Of a stretch of DNA of 34,151 nucleotides, positions 1 through 10,312 are shown piece by piece. Location: assembly GCA_028865375.1 (NCBI GenBank), contig JAGWKJ010000001.1, positions 1 through 34,151 on the forward strand, in the 5' to 3' direction. Below the pieces are notes generated by a model. That model did no database searches. It worked only from the letters and a program-made list of their open reading frames with translations, and was not told the DNA's origin. Numbering within the stretch: the stretch's first letter is position 1; every line of letters begins with the position of its first letter. A program made the position numbers and the translations under genes. The stretch comes from Hyphomicrobiales bacterium (GTDB lineage Bacteria; Pseudomonadota; Alphaproteobacteria; Rhizobiales; Beijerinckiaceae).

Positions 1-326
1 TCCTTGGTCGCGTCGACGACTTCCGCGTTCGCGCCCTTCCGGTAGATCATCTGCAACGCCCGCTGCCGCAGCCGATATTCTTCCGATTGCAACCTGTCGG
101 GATCATAGAACATGAACAGGAAAATGGCCACGACCGCGACGAGAACGGGCGCGGCGGCCAGGGCGAGGCACACGATCCTGACCGTAGGATCGTCGGAAAG
201 CACGGCCGCCGCCAGCGAGACGGGCGTCACCAATCCGACCAGCCACAGCAGCGGATTGACCGCGGTGCGGACGCGGATCGTTTCGACGCGCGCGGTGGCG
301 GCCTTGACATATTCGTCCAGCTTCAC
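1..326 (-). CDS. Hypothetical two-TM membrane protein, partial (3' end runs off the window)
   Basis: Absent from the ORF track because it has no stop in the window. Read by hand from GTG at 326 with GGAG upstream: MKLDEYVKAATARVETIRVRTAVNPLLWLVGLVTPVSLAAAVLSDDPTVRIVCLALAAAPVLVAVVAIFLFMFYDPDRLQSEEYRLRQRALQMIYRKG... It has two hydrophobic segments and starts 18 nt after the hisA stop. Confidence 0.7.
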   Translation of the reverse strand, partial: MKLDEYVKAATARVETIRVRTAVNPLLWLVGLVTPVSLAAAVLSDDPTVRIVCLALAAAPVLVAVVAIFLFMFYDPDRLQSEEYRLRQRALQMIYRKGANAEVVDATK

Positions 327-344
327 TCGTCGCTCCGTAGGCGT

Positions 345-1085
345 TCACGGCCCGTCCTCCGAAACGCGGATCAGCGCCAGCGCCTCGCGCGCGTCCAGGC
401 GCCCGTCGTAGAGCGCGCGGCCCGAGATCGCCCCGGCGAGACGCCGGCAATCGGGCTCCAGCAGCCGCTTCACGTCCTCGATGGAGGCGAGCCCGCCCGA
501 GGCGACGACGGGAATGGAGACGGCCTCCGCCAGCGCCAGCGTCGCCTCGACGTTGAGGCCCTTCATGGCGCCGTCGCGCGCGATGTCGGTGTAGACGATG
601 GCCGCGACGCCCGCGTCCTCGAAGCGGCGGCCGAGCTCGGTCGCGCCGACGTCGGTGGCGCGCGCCCAGCCGTCGACCGCGACGCGGCCGTCGCGGGCGT
701 CGATGCCGACCGCGATCCGTCCGGGATGCAGGCGCGCCGCCTCGCGCACCAGATCGGGATCGCGCACCGCCGCCGTGCCGATGATGACCCGGTCGACGCC
801 GGCGCCGAGCCAGCCCTCGATGGTGCGCATGTCGCGGATGCCGCCGCCGAGCTGCGTCTTCATGCGCACGCGCGCCAAGATCGCCTCGACCGCCGCGGCA
901 TTGCGCGGCCGGCCGGCGAACGCGCCGTCGAGATCGACGACGTGCAGGTGCCCGAAGCCGAGCGCCTCGAATTCGGCCGCCTGAGCCGGCGGGTCGGCGT
1001 TGAACACCGTGGCACTCGCCATGTCTCCGTGGACGAGACGCACGCATTCGCCGTCCTTCAGGTCGATCGCGGGATAAAGGATCAT
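345..1085 (-). CDS. hisA: ProFAR isomerase HisA
   Basis: Motifs [40 protein letters not shown] and SGG. Start overlaps the hisH stop. Confidence 0.97.
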   Translation of the reverse strand: MILYPAIDLKDGECVRLVHGDMASATVFNADPPAQAAEFEALGFGHLHVVDLDGAFAGRPRNAAAVEAILARVRMKTQLGGGIRDMRTIEGWLGAGVDRVIIGTAAVRDPDLVREAARLHPGRIAVGIDARDGRVAVDGWARATDVGATELGRRFEDAGVAAIVYTDIARDGAMKGLNVEATLALAEAVSIPVVASGGLASIEDVKRLLEPDCRRLAGAISGRALYDGRLDAREALALIRVSEDGP

Positions 1086-1753
1086 GGCGTCCAGCGCAGG
1101 AAATTGGCGATCAGGGCGAGGCCGAGCGCCTGACTCTTTTCGGGATGGAATTGCACGCCGGCCACGTTGCCGCGCGCGACGGCCGCCGTCAGCGGCCCGC
1201 CGTAGTCGGCGGTGGCGAGCGCGTCGGCCGGGTCGGCCGGCGTCAGCGCGTAGGAATGCACGAAATAGGCGTGCAGGCCGTCACGGCCCGTCCGGATGCC
1301 GGCGAACAGGGGATGGGGCCGCGCGAGGTCGAGCGTGTTCCAGCCCATGTGCGGGATCTTGAGCGCGGGATCGGCCGGCCGGATCGCGCCGACCTCCCCT
1401 GAGATCCAACCGAAGCCGGGCGTCGTCACGTGTTCGAGCCCGCGCGTGGCAAGCAATTGCATGCCCACGCAAATGCCGAGAAACGGCGCGCCGCGCCGGC
1501 GCACGGCTTCCTCCAGCGCGTCCAGCACGCCGGCCCTTTCGACGCCGGCGCGGCAATCGGCGAAAGCGCCCACGCCCGGCAGCACGATCCGGTCGGCGCG
1601 GCGGATCGCGTCGGCGTCCGCCGTCACCGCGACGCGCGCATCGACGCTCGCCTCGCGCGCCGCCCGCTCGAACGCCTTCAGCGCCGAATGCAGGTTGCCC
1701 GAGCCGTAATCGACGATGGCGACCGCGCCGCCTTGGCCTGACCTTCCCGTCAT
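1082..1753 (-). CDS. hisH: Imidazole glycerol phosphate synthase glutaminase subunit HisH
   Basis: Motifs [23 protein letters not shown] (catalytic Cys), PHMGWN, YFVHSY and QFHPEKS. Start is ATG 1753, or GTG 1759 overlapping the hisB stop. Confidence 0.95.
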   Translation of the reverse strand: MTGRSGQGGAVAIVDYGSGNLHSALKAFERAAREASVDARVAVTADADAIRRADRIVLPGVGAFADCRAGVERAGVLDALEEAVRRRGAPFLGICVGMQLLATRGLEHVTTPGFGWISGEVGAIRPADPALKIPHMGWNTLDLARPHPLFAGIRTGRDGLHAYFVHSYALTPADPADALATADYGGPLTAAVARGNVAGVQFHPEKSQALGLALIANFLRWTP

Positions 1754-1755
1754 CG

Positions 1756-2349
1756 TCACGCGCTCAAGGTGCCCTTGGTGGACGGCGTGCGGGCGCCCTC
1801 GCGCGGGTCGATCGCCACCGCCGCCCGCAACGCGCGCGCCACCGCCTTGAAGCAGGATTCCGCCACGTGGTGGGCGTTCGCGCCGTAGAGATTGCCGACG
1901 TGCAGCGTCAGCCCGGCGTTGATCGCGAACGCCTGGAAGAACTCGCGCACGAGCTCGAGGTCGAAGTCGCCGACCTTCTGCGCCGGGAACTTGACGTCGA
2001 AGACGAGGAACGGCCGGCCGGAAACGTCGACCGCCGCGCGGGTGAGCGCCTCGTCCATCGGGATCGTCGCGTCGGCGTAGCGCACGACGCCGCCCATGTC
2101 GCCGAGCGACTGGCGCAAGGCGCGCCCGAGCGCGATGCCGACGTCCTCGACGGTGTGGTGCATGTCGATGTGCAGGTCGCCCTTCGCCGCGACGTCGACG
2201 TCGATCAGCGAGTGGCGCGCGAGCTGGTCCAGCATGTGGTCGAAGAAGCCGATCCCGGTCGAGCGTTCGCCGCCGCCTGCGCCGTCGAGGTTCAATGCGA
2301 CGGAGACGTCGGTCTCGCGCGTCGTGCGCCGGCAGGTTCCCTTGCGCAT
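1756..2349 (-). CDS. hisB: Imidazoleglycerol-phosphate dehydratase HisB
   Basis: Motifs [38 protein letters not shown] and PSTKG. Start trimmed to ATG 2349. Confidence 0.96.
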   Translation of the reverse strand: MRKGTCRRTTRETDVSVALNLDGAGGGERSTGIGFFDHMLDQLARHSLIDVDVAAKGDLHIDMHHTVEDVGIALGRALRQSLGDMGGVVRYADATIPMDEALTRAAVDVSGRPFLVFDVKFPAQKVGDFDLELVREFFQAFAINAGLTLHVGNLYGANAHHVAESCFKAVARALRAAVAIDPREGARTPSTKGTLSA

Positions 2350-2425
2350 GTCGGTCCCGTCCCGCGCGAACGGCCGCGCGGGCGCCTGATAGCAAGGCCG
2401 GGCGGCGTTGGCTATGGCGCGAGGG

Positions 2426-3844
2426 TCACATGGTTTCGCGCCGGGCCAGCGCGACGCCGAACGCGAGCAAGTCGCGGGCGGAAGCCTCGGTCGGCGCCTC
2501 CACGTAGACGCGCAACTCGGGCGCGTTGCCCGACGGGCGGTAGTGCAGCGTCTCGCCGCGCCCGAGCGCCATGCGCAATCCGTCGCGGCGGTCGATCGAC
2601 GCGACGCCGCCGCGCGGCGCGAGCGTCCGTTCGCGATGGGCCGAATCGTCCGACAGCCGCGCCACGAAGGCGGCGGAGCGCTCGGTCGGCACGCGTTCGA
2701 GCCGGTCCGACAGGGCGTGGGCGAAACGATAGGCCGCCGCCAGCTCCGCCAAGGGCCGGCGCGCACGGGCGGCAGCGGCAAGGCAGGCGACGATGGGCAA
2801 CGCGGCGTCGCGCGTCTGCAAGGCGGCGAGCCGGCGCCCGTCGCGCTCGACGTCGCCGCCCAGAAGCGTGCCGCCATTGGCTTCAAAGCCGACGACCAGC
2901 CGCGAACCGGCCTCCGCCGCCCGCGCCATGCCCTCGATGACGTAGGGCGAACCGACCCGCGTGCGCTCGACCCTCGCGAAGCGCCCGCAGGCCTCGAGCG
3001 CCGAATTCGAGGTGACGGGCGTCACGACCGCGTCGGCGCCGAGAAACGCCGCCGTGATCGCGCCTACGAGGTCGCCGCGCAGGAACGCGCCGTCGGCGCC
3101 CGCGACGAGCGGTCGGTCGGCGTCGCCGTCGGTCGAGACGATGGCGTCGAGACGGTTCGATCCGGCGAATTCCCGCGCCAGCGCGACGTCCTCGGCACGC
3201 AGCGCTTCGGTGTCCACCGCCACGAAGGCGTCCGAGCGGGCGAACGGTCTGGCCTCGGCGCCGAGCGCGCCCAGGAGATCGACGAGAAGGTCGCGCGACA
3301 CCGAGGAATGCTGATGGACGCCCACCGTCAGCCCGTCGAGCGCGCGCGCGCCGAAGAAGTCGACGATCCGTCGCAGATAGGGGGCGACACCGTCGCGCCG
3401 TTCCGCCGCCGGCGGCGGGCCGAGGGAAGGCGCGACGCCGGCGAGCGCGTCGAGACGCGCCAAGATCGCCGCTTCGTCCGCCTTGTCGATTTCGCCCTTC
3501 GCCTCGTAGAACTTCAAGCCGTTGCGGTCGTCGGGGATGTGGCTGCCCGTGACCATGATCGCGGGCTGCCCGGCGCGCTGCGCTTCGAGCGCGAGCGCCG
3601 GCGTCGGCGCCTCGCCGCAATCGACCGGGACGAGCCCGGCGTCGGCGACGGCGCGCAGGCAACGCGCCATGATCGAGGGTCCGCTCGCCCGCAGGTCGCG
3701 CGCGACGAGGACCGCGCGGGCCGGCGCCGCCGCGGCGGCGACCATTTCCGCGAAGGCGCGGGCGTAAAGATACGCGGGAGGACCGTCGAGTTCGGAAACG
3801 AGCCCGCGCAGACCGCTGGTGCCGAACTTCAGCGACGTCGGCAT
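2426..3844 (-). CDS. manB: Phosphomannomutase (alpha-D-phosphohexomutase, ManB/NoeK-like)
   Basis: Motifs [14 protein letters not shown] (phospho-Ser), DGDADRP (metal loop), GFEANGG and [10 protein letters not shown]. Adjacent to manC. Confidence 0.9.
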   Translation of the reverse strand: MPTSLKFGTSGLRGLVSELDGPPAYLYARAFAEMVAAAAAPARAVLVARDLRASGPSIMARCLRAVADAGLVPVDCGEAPTPALALEAQRAGQPAIMVTGSHIPDDRNGLKFYEAKGEIDKADEAAILARLDALAGVAPSLGPPPAAERRDGVAPYLRRIVDFFGARALDGLTVGVHQHSSVSRDLLVDLLGALGAEARPFARSDAFVAVDTEALRAEDVALAREFAGSNRLDAIVSTDGDADRPLVAGADGAFLRGDLVGAITAAFLGADAVVTPVTSNSALEACGRFARVERTRVGSPYVIEGMARAAEAGSRLVVGFEANGGTLLGGDVERDGRRLAALQTRDAALPIVACLAAAARARRPLAELAAAYRFAHALSDRLERVPTERSAAFVARLSDDSAHRERTLAPRGGVASIDRRDGLRMALGRGETLHYRPSGNAPELRVYVEAPTEASARDLLAFGVALARRETM

Positions 3845-3855
3845 GGCCTCCGCCT

Positions 3856-5277
3856 TCACGTGCGGCTGTAGGCGTCTTCGAGGCGCACGATGTCGTCCTC
3901 GCCCAGATAGGAACCGACCTGCACTTCGACGATTTCGAGCGGGATCTTGCCCGGGTTGGCCATGCGGTGCACGATTCCGATCGGCAGATAGATCGATTCC
4001 GTCTCGTGGACGACGATCGTCTCGGCGCCGCGCGTGACCTCGGCGGTGCCCTTCACGACCACCCAATGCTCCGCGCGATGGAAGTGCTTCTGCAACGACA
4101 GCACGCCCGCCGGCTTGACCGTGATGCGCTTGACCTGGTGACGGTCGCCGACGTCCACCGAGAGATACTTGCCCCAAGGCCGGTGGATCTCGCGATGTTC
4201 GCCGGCTTCCGCGGCGCCGCTTGCGCGCACGCGCTCGACGAGCTCCTTCACCTTGTCGGCCTTGTCCTTCGGCACGACGAGCACGGCGTCCCGCGTCGAG
4301 ATCACCGCGATGCCGTCGAGCCCGATCACGCCCACGACGCCTTCCTCGGCGCGCAGGTAATTGTCCCGTCCGTCGACGACGAAGCCGCGGCCGACCACGG
4401 CGTTGCCCTCGGAATCCTTGTCAGAGAGGTCCCAGACCGCCGACCAGCCGCCGATGTCGGACCAGCCGAAGGCGCCGGGCACGACCGCCGCCTTGTCGGT
4501 CTTCTCCATCACGGCGTAGTCGATGGAGATCTTCCTCGCGCGCTTGAAGGCCGCGTCGTCGAGCACCGTGAAGCCGAGGTCGGAGACCGCGCCTTCGACC
4601 GCCTCGGTCGCGGGGCCGATCACGTCGGGCGCGAGGCGTTCGAGCTCGGCGCGCATCGTGGCGCCGTCGAAGATGAAATTGCCCGAGTTCCACAGGTAGC
4701 CGTCGAGCAGGTATTTGGCGGCCGTCGCCGCGTCCGGCTTCTCGACGAACCTCTCGACCTTGCGCGCGCCTTCGACGCCGGGAACCGGCGCGCCGGGACG
4801 GATGTAGCCATAGGAGGTCGCCGGAGCGGAGGGCGCGATGCCGATGGTGACGATGCGACCGCCCGCCGCGGCCTCGACCGCGCGCGCGCAGGTGCGCGCG
4901 AATTCCGCCGCGTCGCCGATCACGTGGTCGGCGGCGAATACGCCGACGATCGCTTCCGGGTCGGCGGCGAGCGCGACGACGGTCGCCACGGCGACGGCGG
5001 CCGCCGAATCGCGGCCGACCGGCTCGAGCACGATCCGCGCCCGCGCGCCGATCGCCTCGATCTGGTCGCGCGCGGTGAATCGGTAGTCGTGGTTGGTGAC
5101 GACGATGGTGTCTTCGTAGAGCGCCGGGTCGGCGAACGTCGCCAGCGTGCGCTGGAAAGTCGAGCGCTCCCCCAGCAAGCCTATGAATTGCTTTGGCATC
5201 GAGGCTCGGGAGACGGGCCACAGCCGCGTGCCCGAGCCGCCGCACAGTACGACCGGGGTGAGTTTCCTGTTCGCCAT
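3856..5277 (-). CDS. manC: Mannose-1-phosphate guanylyltransferase / mannose-6-phosphate isomerase
   Basis: Motifs GGSGTRLWPVSR..PKQF, FVEKPD, WNSG, ISIDYAVMEK, and a C-terminal cupin (RPWG, SLQKHFHRAEHWVVV, GEDDIVR). Confidence 0.94.
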   Translation of the reverse strand: MANRKLTPVVLCGGSGTRLWPVSRASMPKQFIGLLGERSTFQRTLATFADPALYEDTIVVTNHDYRFTARDQIEAIGARARIVLEPVGRDSAAAVAVATVVALAADPEAIVGVFAADHVIGDAAEFARTCARAVEAAAGGRIVTIGIAPSAPATSYGYIRPGAPVPGVEGARKVERFVEKPDAATAAKYLLDGYLWNSGNFIFDGATMRAELERLAPDVIGPATEAVEGAVSDLGFTVLDDAAFKRARKISIDYAVMEKTDKAAVVPGAFGWSDIGGWSAVWDLSDKDSEGNAVVGRGFVVDGRDNYLRAEEGVVGVIGLDGIAVISTRDAVLVVPKDKADKVKELVERVRASGAAEAGEHREIHRPWGKYLSVDVGDRHQVKRITVKPAGVLSLQKHFHRAEHWVVVKGTAEVTRGAETIVVHETESIYLPIGIVHRMANPGKIPLEIVEVQVGSYLGEDDIVRLEDAYSRT

Positions 5278-5523
5278 CGCAACCTCTGCGCCGCGGCCGG
5301 ATCGCCGCCGGGCGGCGACGCTGCGCCAAAATGCGGCGCTCGTGCCGCACATATGCGCTCCGGGCGCCCGCTGTCCATGGCCGACGCCGGTGGCCCTCTC
5401 TCAGGGCGTTGCGATCACGACGCGCTGATCGTCCGGCGGCGATAGGTGAGCGCGACGTGCAGCGCGCCATCGGGGTCTGGCGGACCGACGAATCGCGGTT
5501 GCGACCGTCGGCAGAATTGTCGG

Positions 5524-6432
5524 TCATGCAATTCCGCCGGCATCCTCCGCGGCCGGCGTCGGCAGGCCGAGTTCGCGCGAAAGCCAGGCGGCGAACGCGC
5601 GCACCACCCGGCGCGGCCGCGACCGCGGGTAGACGAACCGGTGGCCGACGTAGACGATGTCCCGACCCTCGCCCGCCAATGGAGCGACCAGCCGACCGGC
5701 GGAGATCTCCCGTTCCGCGAGCCGCGTCGATTCGAGCGCGACGCCGAGGCCGTCGGCCGCGGCGGCGATGGCGAGGAAGCTGCGGTCGAAGCGCATCGCG
5801 TAATGGCTCGGCGTCGACGCGCCGTTGCGCGCGCACCACGCGTCCCAGCCGACCTGCTTGGCGTCCGATCGGATCAACGGTTGGCGCGTCAGGTCGGCCG
5901 GCGTGCGGATGGCGGCCGCGCGGGCCGGCGAACACAGCGGTGTCACAGTCTCCTCGCCGAGCGGGATCGCGACGATCCCGTCCGCGCGCGGCGGGCCGTA
6001 GACCACGTCGGCGTCGAAATCGTCGTTGCTGAAGCGCGCGTAGTCGATGCCCGCCGCCAGCCGCACCTCGATGGCGGGCTCCGCGGCGAGGAACCGCGAC
6101 AGCCGCGGCGTCAGCCATTGCGCCGCGAAGCTCGGCGCGCAATGCAGCCGCAGCAATTGCGGTCCGCGCGTCGCCACCGCCTCGAGGCCGCCCCGCATTC
6201 GCTCGAACGCGTCGCCCACCGCCAGCAACAGGCGTTCGCCCTCGACGGTCAATGCGACCCGCCGCGCGCCGCGCTCGAACAGGTGAACGCCCAGCGCGTC
6301 TTCGAGCTTGCGAATGGCATGGCTGACCGCGCTCGGCGACAGCGCGAGTTCCTCCGCCGCGCCTCGGAACGAGCCGGTCCGGCCGGCCGCTTCGAAGGCG
6401 CGCAACGACGCGAGCGGGACGGGCGCGGTCAT
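5524..6432 (-). CDS. LysR-family transcriptional regulator (GcvA/AmpR-like)
   Basis: HTH LASLRAFEAAGRTGSFRGAAEELALSPSAVSHAIRKLE and a LysR substrate-binding domain (PSFAAQWLTPRL). Divergent from the SDR operon. Confidence 0.93.
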   Translation of the reverse strand: MTAPVPLASLRAFEAAGRTGSFRGAAEELALSPSAVSHAIRKLEDALGVHLFERGARRVALTVEGERLLLAVGDAFERMRGGLEAVATRGPQLLRLHCAPSFAAQWLTPRLSRFLAAEPAIEVRLAAGIDYARFSNDDFDADVVYGPPRADGIVAIPLGEETVTPLCSPARAAAIRTPADLTRQPLIRSDAKQVGWDAWCARNGASTPSHYAMRFDRSFLAIAAAADGLGVALESTRLAEREISAGRLVAPLAGEGRDIVYVGHRFVYPRSRPRRVVRAFAAWLSRELGLPTPAAEDAGGIA

Positions 6433-6440
6433 TCGACAAG

Positions 6441-6453
6441 TGAACCGGATTCA
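6441..6453. promoter_or_regulatory. Candidate LysR recognition site (T-N11-A with dyad)
   Basis: TGAAccggaTTCA is a T-N11-A with a TGAA/TTCA dyad, just upstream of the lysR start in the divergent intergenic region. Confidence 0.6.
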
Positions 6454-6569
6454 TCCGTCGCTGTAAAGTTCGCGTTTGTCGTCCGCGACCGGCGCCGCCA
6501 TGGTCGGACCAACCAAGCGCGTCGGCGCAAGCGTCGGCGACGAAGAACGAAGAACATCGGGACGGAAAC

Positions 6570-7319
6570 ATGCTCCTCGAAGGCAAGACCGCGGCCATTT
6601 CCGGCGCCGCGTCCACGCGCGGCATCGGGCTCGCCACAGCGCGCCGCTTCGTCGCCGAAGGCGCGCGCGTCGCCATCCTCGACATCGACGGCAAGGCGGC
6701 GGCCGACGCCGCGGCCGGGCTCGGCGCCGGCAACGTCGGCGTCGTCTGCGACGTCACCGACCGCGCGTCCTGCGACAGGGCGGCCGAGGCGGTGCTGACG
6801 GCCTTGGGCCGGCTCGACGTTCTCGTCAACAACGCCGGCGTCACGCAGCCGGTGAAGTTGCTGGACATCTCCGAGGCCGATTGGGACCGCATCCAGGACG
6901 TGAACCTGAAGGGCGTGCTGTTCCTGTCGCAGGCGTTCCTGCCGCACATGCGGTCGCGCAAGTCGGGCTCGATCGCGTGCATGTCGTCGGTCTCCGCGCA
7001 GCGGGGCGGGGGCATTTTCGGCGGCCCGCATTATTCGGCCGCCAAGGCCGGCGTGCTCGGCCTCGCCAAGGCGATGGCGCGCGAATTCGGCCCCGACGGC
7101 ATCCGCGTCAACGCGGTGACGCCCGGCCTCATCCTGACCGACATCACCGGCGGCCTGCTGACCGAGGAGATGCGCAAGCGCATCCTCGATGGCATCCCGC
7201 TCGGCCGCCTCGGCGTCGCGGAAGACGTCGCCGGCATCTTCACCTTCCTCGCTTCCGACCTATCCGCCTACGTCACCGGCGCCACGATCGACGTGAACGG
7301 CGGGATGCTGATCCATTGA
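6570..7319 (+). CDS. Short-chain dehydrogenase/reductase (likely NAD-dependent)
   Basis: SGAASTRGIG glycine motif, acidic LDID after beta-2, NNAG, catalytic YSAAK and IDVNGG end. Confidence 0.92.
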   Translation: MLLEGKTAAISGAASTRGIGLATARRFVAEGARVAILDIDGKAAADAAAGLGAGNVGVVCDVTDRASCDRAAEAVLTALGRLDVLVNNAGVTQPVKLLDISEADWDRIQDVNLKGVLFLSQAFLPHMRSRKSGSIACMSSVSAQRGGGIFGGPHYSAAKAGVLGLAKAMAREFGPDGIRVNAVTPGLILTDITGGLLTEEMRKRILDGIPLGRLGVAEDVAGIFTFLASDLSAYVTGATIDVNGGMLIH

Positions 7320-7326
7320 GGCCGCG

Positions 7327-8178
7327 ATGACCCAAGACAAGGACGCGCGCCGCCCCAACGTCTCGCTCGCCGAGCGCGCGCGGCGCATCCGCCGCCTCGC
7401 CGTGCGGATGGGCGAAGTGCAGGGGCAGGGCTACGTCGGCCAGGCGCTGGGAATCGCCGACGTGCTCGCGGTCTCCTATTTCCACGCGCTGCGCCATCGC
7501 CCCGACGATCCCTATTGGGAGGGCCGCGACCGGTTCAACCTTTCCATCGGCCATTACGCGATCGCCCTCTACGCGGCGCTGATCGAGGCCGGGATCATCC
7601 CGGACGAAGAACTGGAGACCTATGGCGGCGACGACAGCCGCCTGCCGATGTCGGGCATGGCGGCCTACACGCCGGGCATGGAGATCACCGGCGGGTCGCT
7701 CGGGCAGGGGCTTTCCGTCTCCGTCGGCATGGCCTTGGCGCTGAAGCGCAAGGGATCGGGCAGCCGCGTCTTCAACCTGATGTCGGACGGCGAGCTCGAC
7801 GAAGGCTCGACCTGGGAGGCGGCGATGTCGGCCGCGCACCACGGGCTCGACAACCTCGTCTGCATCGTCGACGTCAACAACCAGCAGGCCGACGGGCCGT
7901 CGACCAAGATGCTCGGCTTCGAGCCGTTGCTTCCCAAGTGGGAGGCGTTCGGCTGGTACGCCCAACGCGTCGACGGCAACGACGTGGGCGCCGTCACGGA
8001 GGCCTTCGACCGCGCGATGGCCCACGAGGGGCCCCGGCCGCGCGTCGTGATCTGCGACACCAGGATGTGCAAGGGCGTGCCGTTCCTCGAGGCGCGCGAC
8101 ATCACCCATTTCATCCGCGTCGAGCCCGACGAATGGGCCAAGGCGCTGGCCATCCTCGAGGCCGCGGGGCCCTTATGA
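7327..8178 (+). CDS. Transketolase-like enzyme, N-terminal (ThDP-binding) subunit
   Basis: RDRFNLSIGH, GGSLGQG, ThDP motif SDGELDEG..WEA...IVDVN and VDGND. Confidence 0.9.
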   Translation: MTQDKDARRPNVSLAERARRIRRLAVRMGEVQGQGYVGQALGIADVLAVSYFHALRHRPDDPYWEGRDRFNLSIGHYAIALYAALIEAGIIPDEELETYGGDDSRLPMSGMAAYTPGMEITGGSLGQGLSVSVGMALALKRKGSGSRVFNLMSDGELDEGSTWEAAMSAAHHGLDNLVCIVDVNNQQADGPSTKMLGFEPLLPKWEAFGWYAQRVDGNDVGAVTEAFDRAMAHEGPRPRVVICDTRMCKGVPFLEARDITHFIRVEPDEWAKALAILEAAGPL

Positions 8179-9218
8179 GCGCGCACGGAAAGTTCCGCCA
8201 CGAGGCGCTGAAGCCCAGGCCGCGCGCCGCCGGCGCGCCGGGCGTCCGTCTCAAGACCTCGGCGATGATCGCCTCGATCGCCGCCGAAGGGCAGGCGACG
8301 CGCCCCGCGCCGTTCGGCCACGCGTTGGCCAAGCTCGCGGAGACGCGGCCCGACATCGTCGGCCTCACCGCCGACCTGTCGAAATACACCGACCTCCACG
8401 TGTTCGCGAAGGCTTGGCCCGACCGCTTCTACCAGATGGGCATGGCCGAGCAGCTCCTGATGGGCGCGGCGGCCGGATTCGCGCGCGAGGGCTTCACGCC
8501 CTTCGCGACCACCTACGCCGTGTTCGCCTCGCGCCGCGCGTACGACTTCATCTGCATGGCGATCGCCGAGGAAAGCCTCGACGTGAAGATCGTCTGCGCG
8601 CTACCCGGCCTGACGACCGGCTACGGCCCCAGCCACCAAGCGACCGAAGACCTCGCGATCTTCCGCGGCCTGCCCAACATGGCCGTGATCGACCCCTGCG
8701 ACGCGCTGGAGATCGAGCAGGCGACGGTCGCCATCGCCGAGCGCAAGGGGCCCGTCTACATGCGGCTGCTGCGCGGCAACGTGCCGCTCGTGCTCGACCG
8801 CTACGGCTACAAGTTCGAATTCGGCAAGTCCAAGCTCCTGCGCGACGGTCCCGACGCGCTCGTGATCTCGACCGGCCTGATGACGATGCGCGCGCTCGAG
8901 GCGGCCGAGCGCCTCGACGCGGACCGCGTGCGCGTCGGCGTGCTCCACGTGCCCACGATCAAGCCGCTGGACGTCGAGACCATCGTCGCGGAGGCGCGCA
9001 GGGGCGGGCGGCTCGTGGTGGTGGCCGAAAACCACACGGAGGTCGGCGGGCTGGGGGAGGCGGTCGCGGGCGCGCTGCTGCGCGCGGGCGTCGCGCCGAA
9101 GTTCCGACAGATCGCGCTGCCCGACGCGTTCCTCGACGCCGGCGCGCTGCCCACGCTGCACGATCGCTACGGGATTTCGACGGCCGCGGTCGTCGCCAGG
9201 ATCAAGGCCTGGCTCTGA
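8175..9218 (+). CDS. Transketolase-like enzyme, C-terminal (pyrimidine-binding) subunit
   Basis: ATGA overlap with the upstream gene. Motifs LTADL, GMAEQ, GPSHQATED, TIKPLD and ENH...GGLG. Confidence 0.9.
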   Translation: MSAHGKFRHEALKPRPRAAGAPGVRLKTSAMIASIAAEGQATRPAPFGHALAKLAETRPDIVGLTADLSKYTDLHVFAKAWPDRFYQMGMAEQLLMGAAAGFAREGFTPFATTYAVFASRRAYDFICMAIAEESLDVKIVCALPGLTTGYGPSHQATEDLAIFRGLPNMAVIDPCDALEIEQATVAIAERKGPVYMRLLRGNVPLVLDRYGYKFEFGKSKLLRDGPDALVISTGLMTMRALEAAERLDADRVRVGVLHVPTIKPLDVETIVAEARRGGRLVVVAENHTEVGGLGEAVAGALLRAGVAPKFRQIALPDAFLDAGALPTLHDRYGISTAAVVARIKAWL

Positions 9219-9301
9219 GGCGGGACGCCGCGGGGCGATCGGAACCGGCGGGAACGGCCGGACCGAAGGCGGGAAGAAACGCAATCCAAGGGAGGATGGA
9301 C

Positions 9302-10312
9302 ATGACGAATACCACGACGCGCCGCCGGTTCCTGGCGGCGACGGGCGCCTTGCCGATCGCCGCGATGGCGGGACGCGCGAGCGCGGCCGACTTCACGCTG
9401 AAGTTCGCGACGGGGCAGGACCCCTCGCATCCGGTCAACAAACGCGCCGCCGAGGCGATCGCCCGCATCAAGGCGGCGACCGGCGGCAAGGTCGACATCG
9501 CGCTGTTCCCCGCCAACCAACTCGGCTCCGATCCCGACCTGCTCGGCCAAGTGCGCAGTGGCGCGGTCGACTTTTTCAACATCGGCGCGTCCGTGCTGGC
9601 GACGCTGGTCCCGGCGGCCGGCATCGTCAACGTCGGCTTCGCCTTCACGACCTACGACCAGGTCTGGAAGGCGATGGACGGCGAGCTCGGCGCCTACGTC
9701 GCCAAGAAGATCGGCGAGACCGGCATCGTGCAGATGGGCAAGAGCTGGGACAACGGGTTCCGCCAGCTCACGTCCTCCACCAAGCCGATCAAGACGCCCG
9801 CCGACCTCAAGGGTTTCAAGATCCGCGTGCCCCCGGCGCCCATCCTGACCAGTCTGTTCCAAGCGCTCGGCGCCGGGCCCTCGCCGATCAACTTCAACGA
9901 GGTCTATTCCTCGTTGCAGACCAAGGTGGTCGAGGGCCAGGAAAACCCGCTCGCCATCATCGCCACCGCCAAGCTCTACGAAGTGCAGAAGTGGTGCAGC
10001 ATGACGAGCCACGTCTGGGACGCCTATCTGGTGCTCGGCAATCCGGCGTCGTTCGGCCGCCTGCCCAAGGACATGCAGGCGATCGTGCTGCGCGAATTCG
10101 ACCGCGCGGCGCTGGACGAACGCGCCGACATCGCCAAGCTGTCCGACAGTCTCAAGGCCGACCTCGCCGCCAAGGGCCTCCAATTCGTCGACGTCGACAA
10201 GGCGGCCTTCCGCAAGGCGCTGGCGGCGACGACCTTCTACAAGGATTGGAAGGGCAAGTTCGGCGCCGAAGGCTGGGGCCTGCTCGAAAAGGCCGTGGGG
10301 CCGCTCGGATGA
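9302..10312 (+). CDS. dctP: TRAP transporter substrate-binding protein (DctP family) with Tat-like signal
   Basis: GGAGG RBS. TRRRFL twin-arginine-like leader, plus FPANQLG, WDNGFRQ, DLKGFKIRVP and EVYSSLQTKVVEGQENP. Confidence 0.9.
   Translation: MTNTTTRRRFLAATGALPIAAMAGRASAADFTLKFATGQDPSHPVNKRAAEAIARIKAATGGKVDIALFPANQLGSDPDLLGQVRSGAVDFFNIGASVLATLVPAAGIVNVGFAFTTYDQVWKAMDGELGAYVAKKIGETGIVQMGKSWDNGFRQLTSSTKPIKTPADLKGFKIRVPPAPILTSLFQALGAGPSPINFNEVYSSLQTKVVEGQENPLAIIATAKLYEVQKWCSMTSHVWDAYLVLGNPASFGRLPKDMQAIVLREFDRAALDERADIAKLSDSLKADLAAKGLQFVDVDKAAFRKALAATTFYKDWKGKFGAEGWGLLEKAVGPLG

Noticed and set aside
1082..2886. Apparent N-terminal extensions or fusions of HisH (437 aa) and HisB (376 aa)
   Set aside because: The extensions overlap upstream genes in other frames. 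Internal starts give normal-length proteins.
7327..9218. Assignment as apulose-4-phosphate transketolase AptAB or a sulfo-transketolase
   Set aside because: No isomerase/kinase or sulfoquinovose genes nearby, and the active-site residues are atypical.
8414..10312. 632-aa version of DctP
   Set aside because: The upstream half overlaps the transketolase gene out of frame. The real start has an RBS and a Tat-like leader at 9302.
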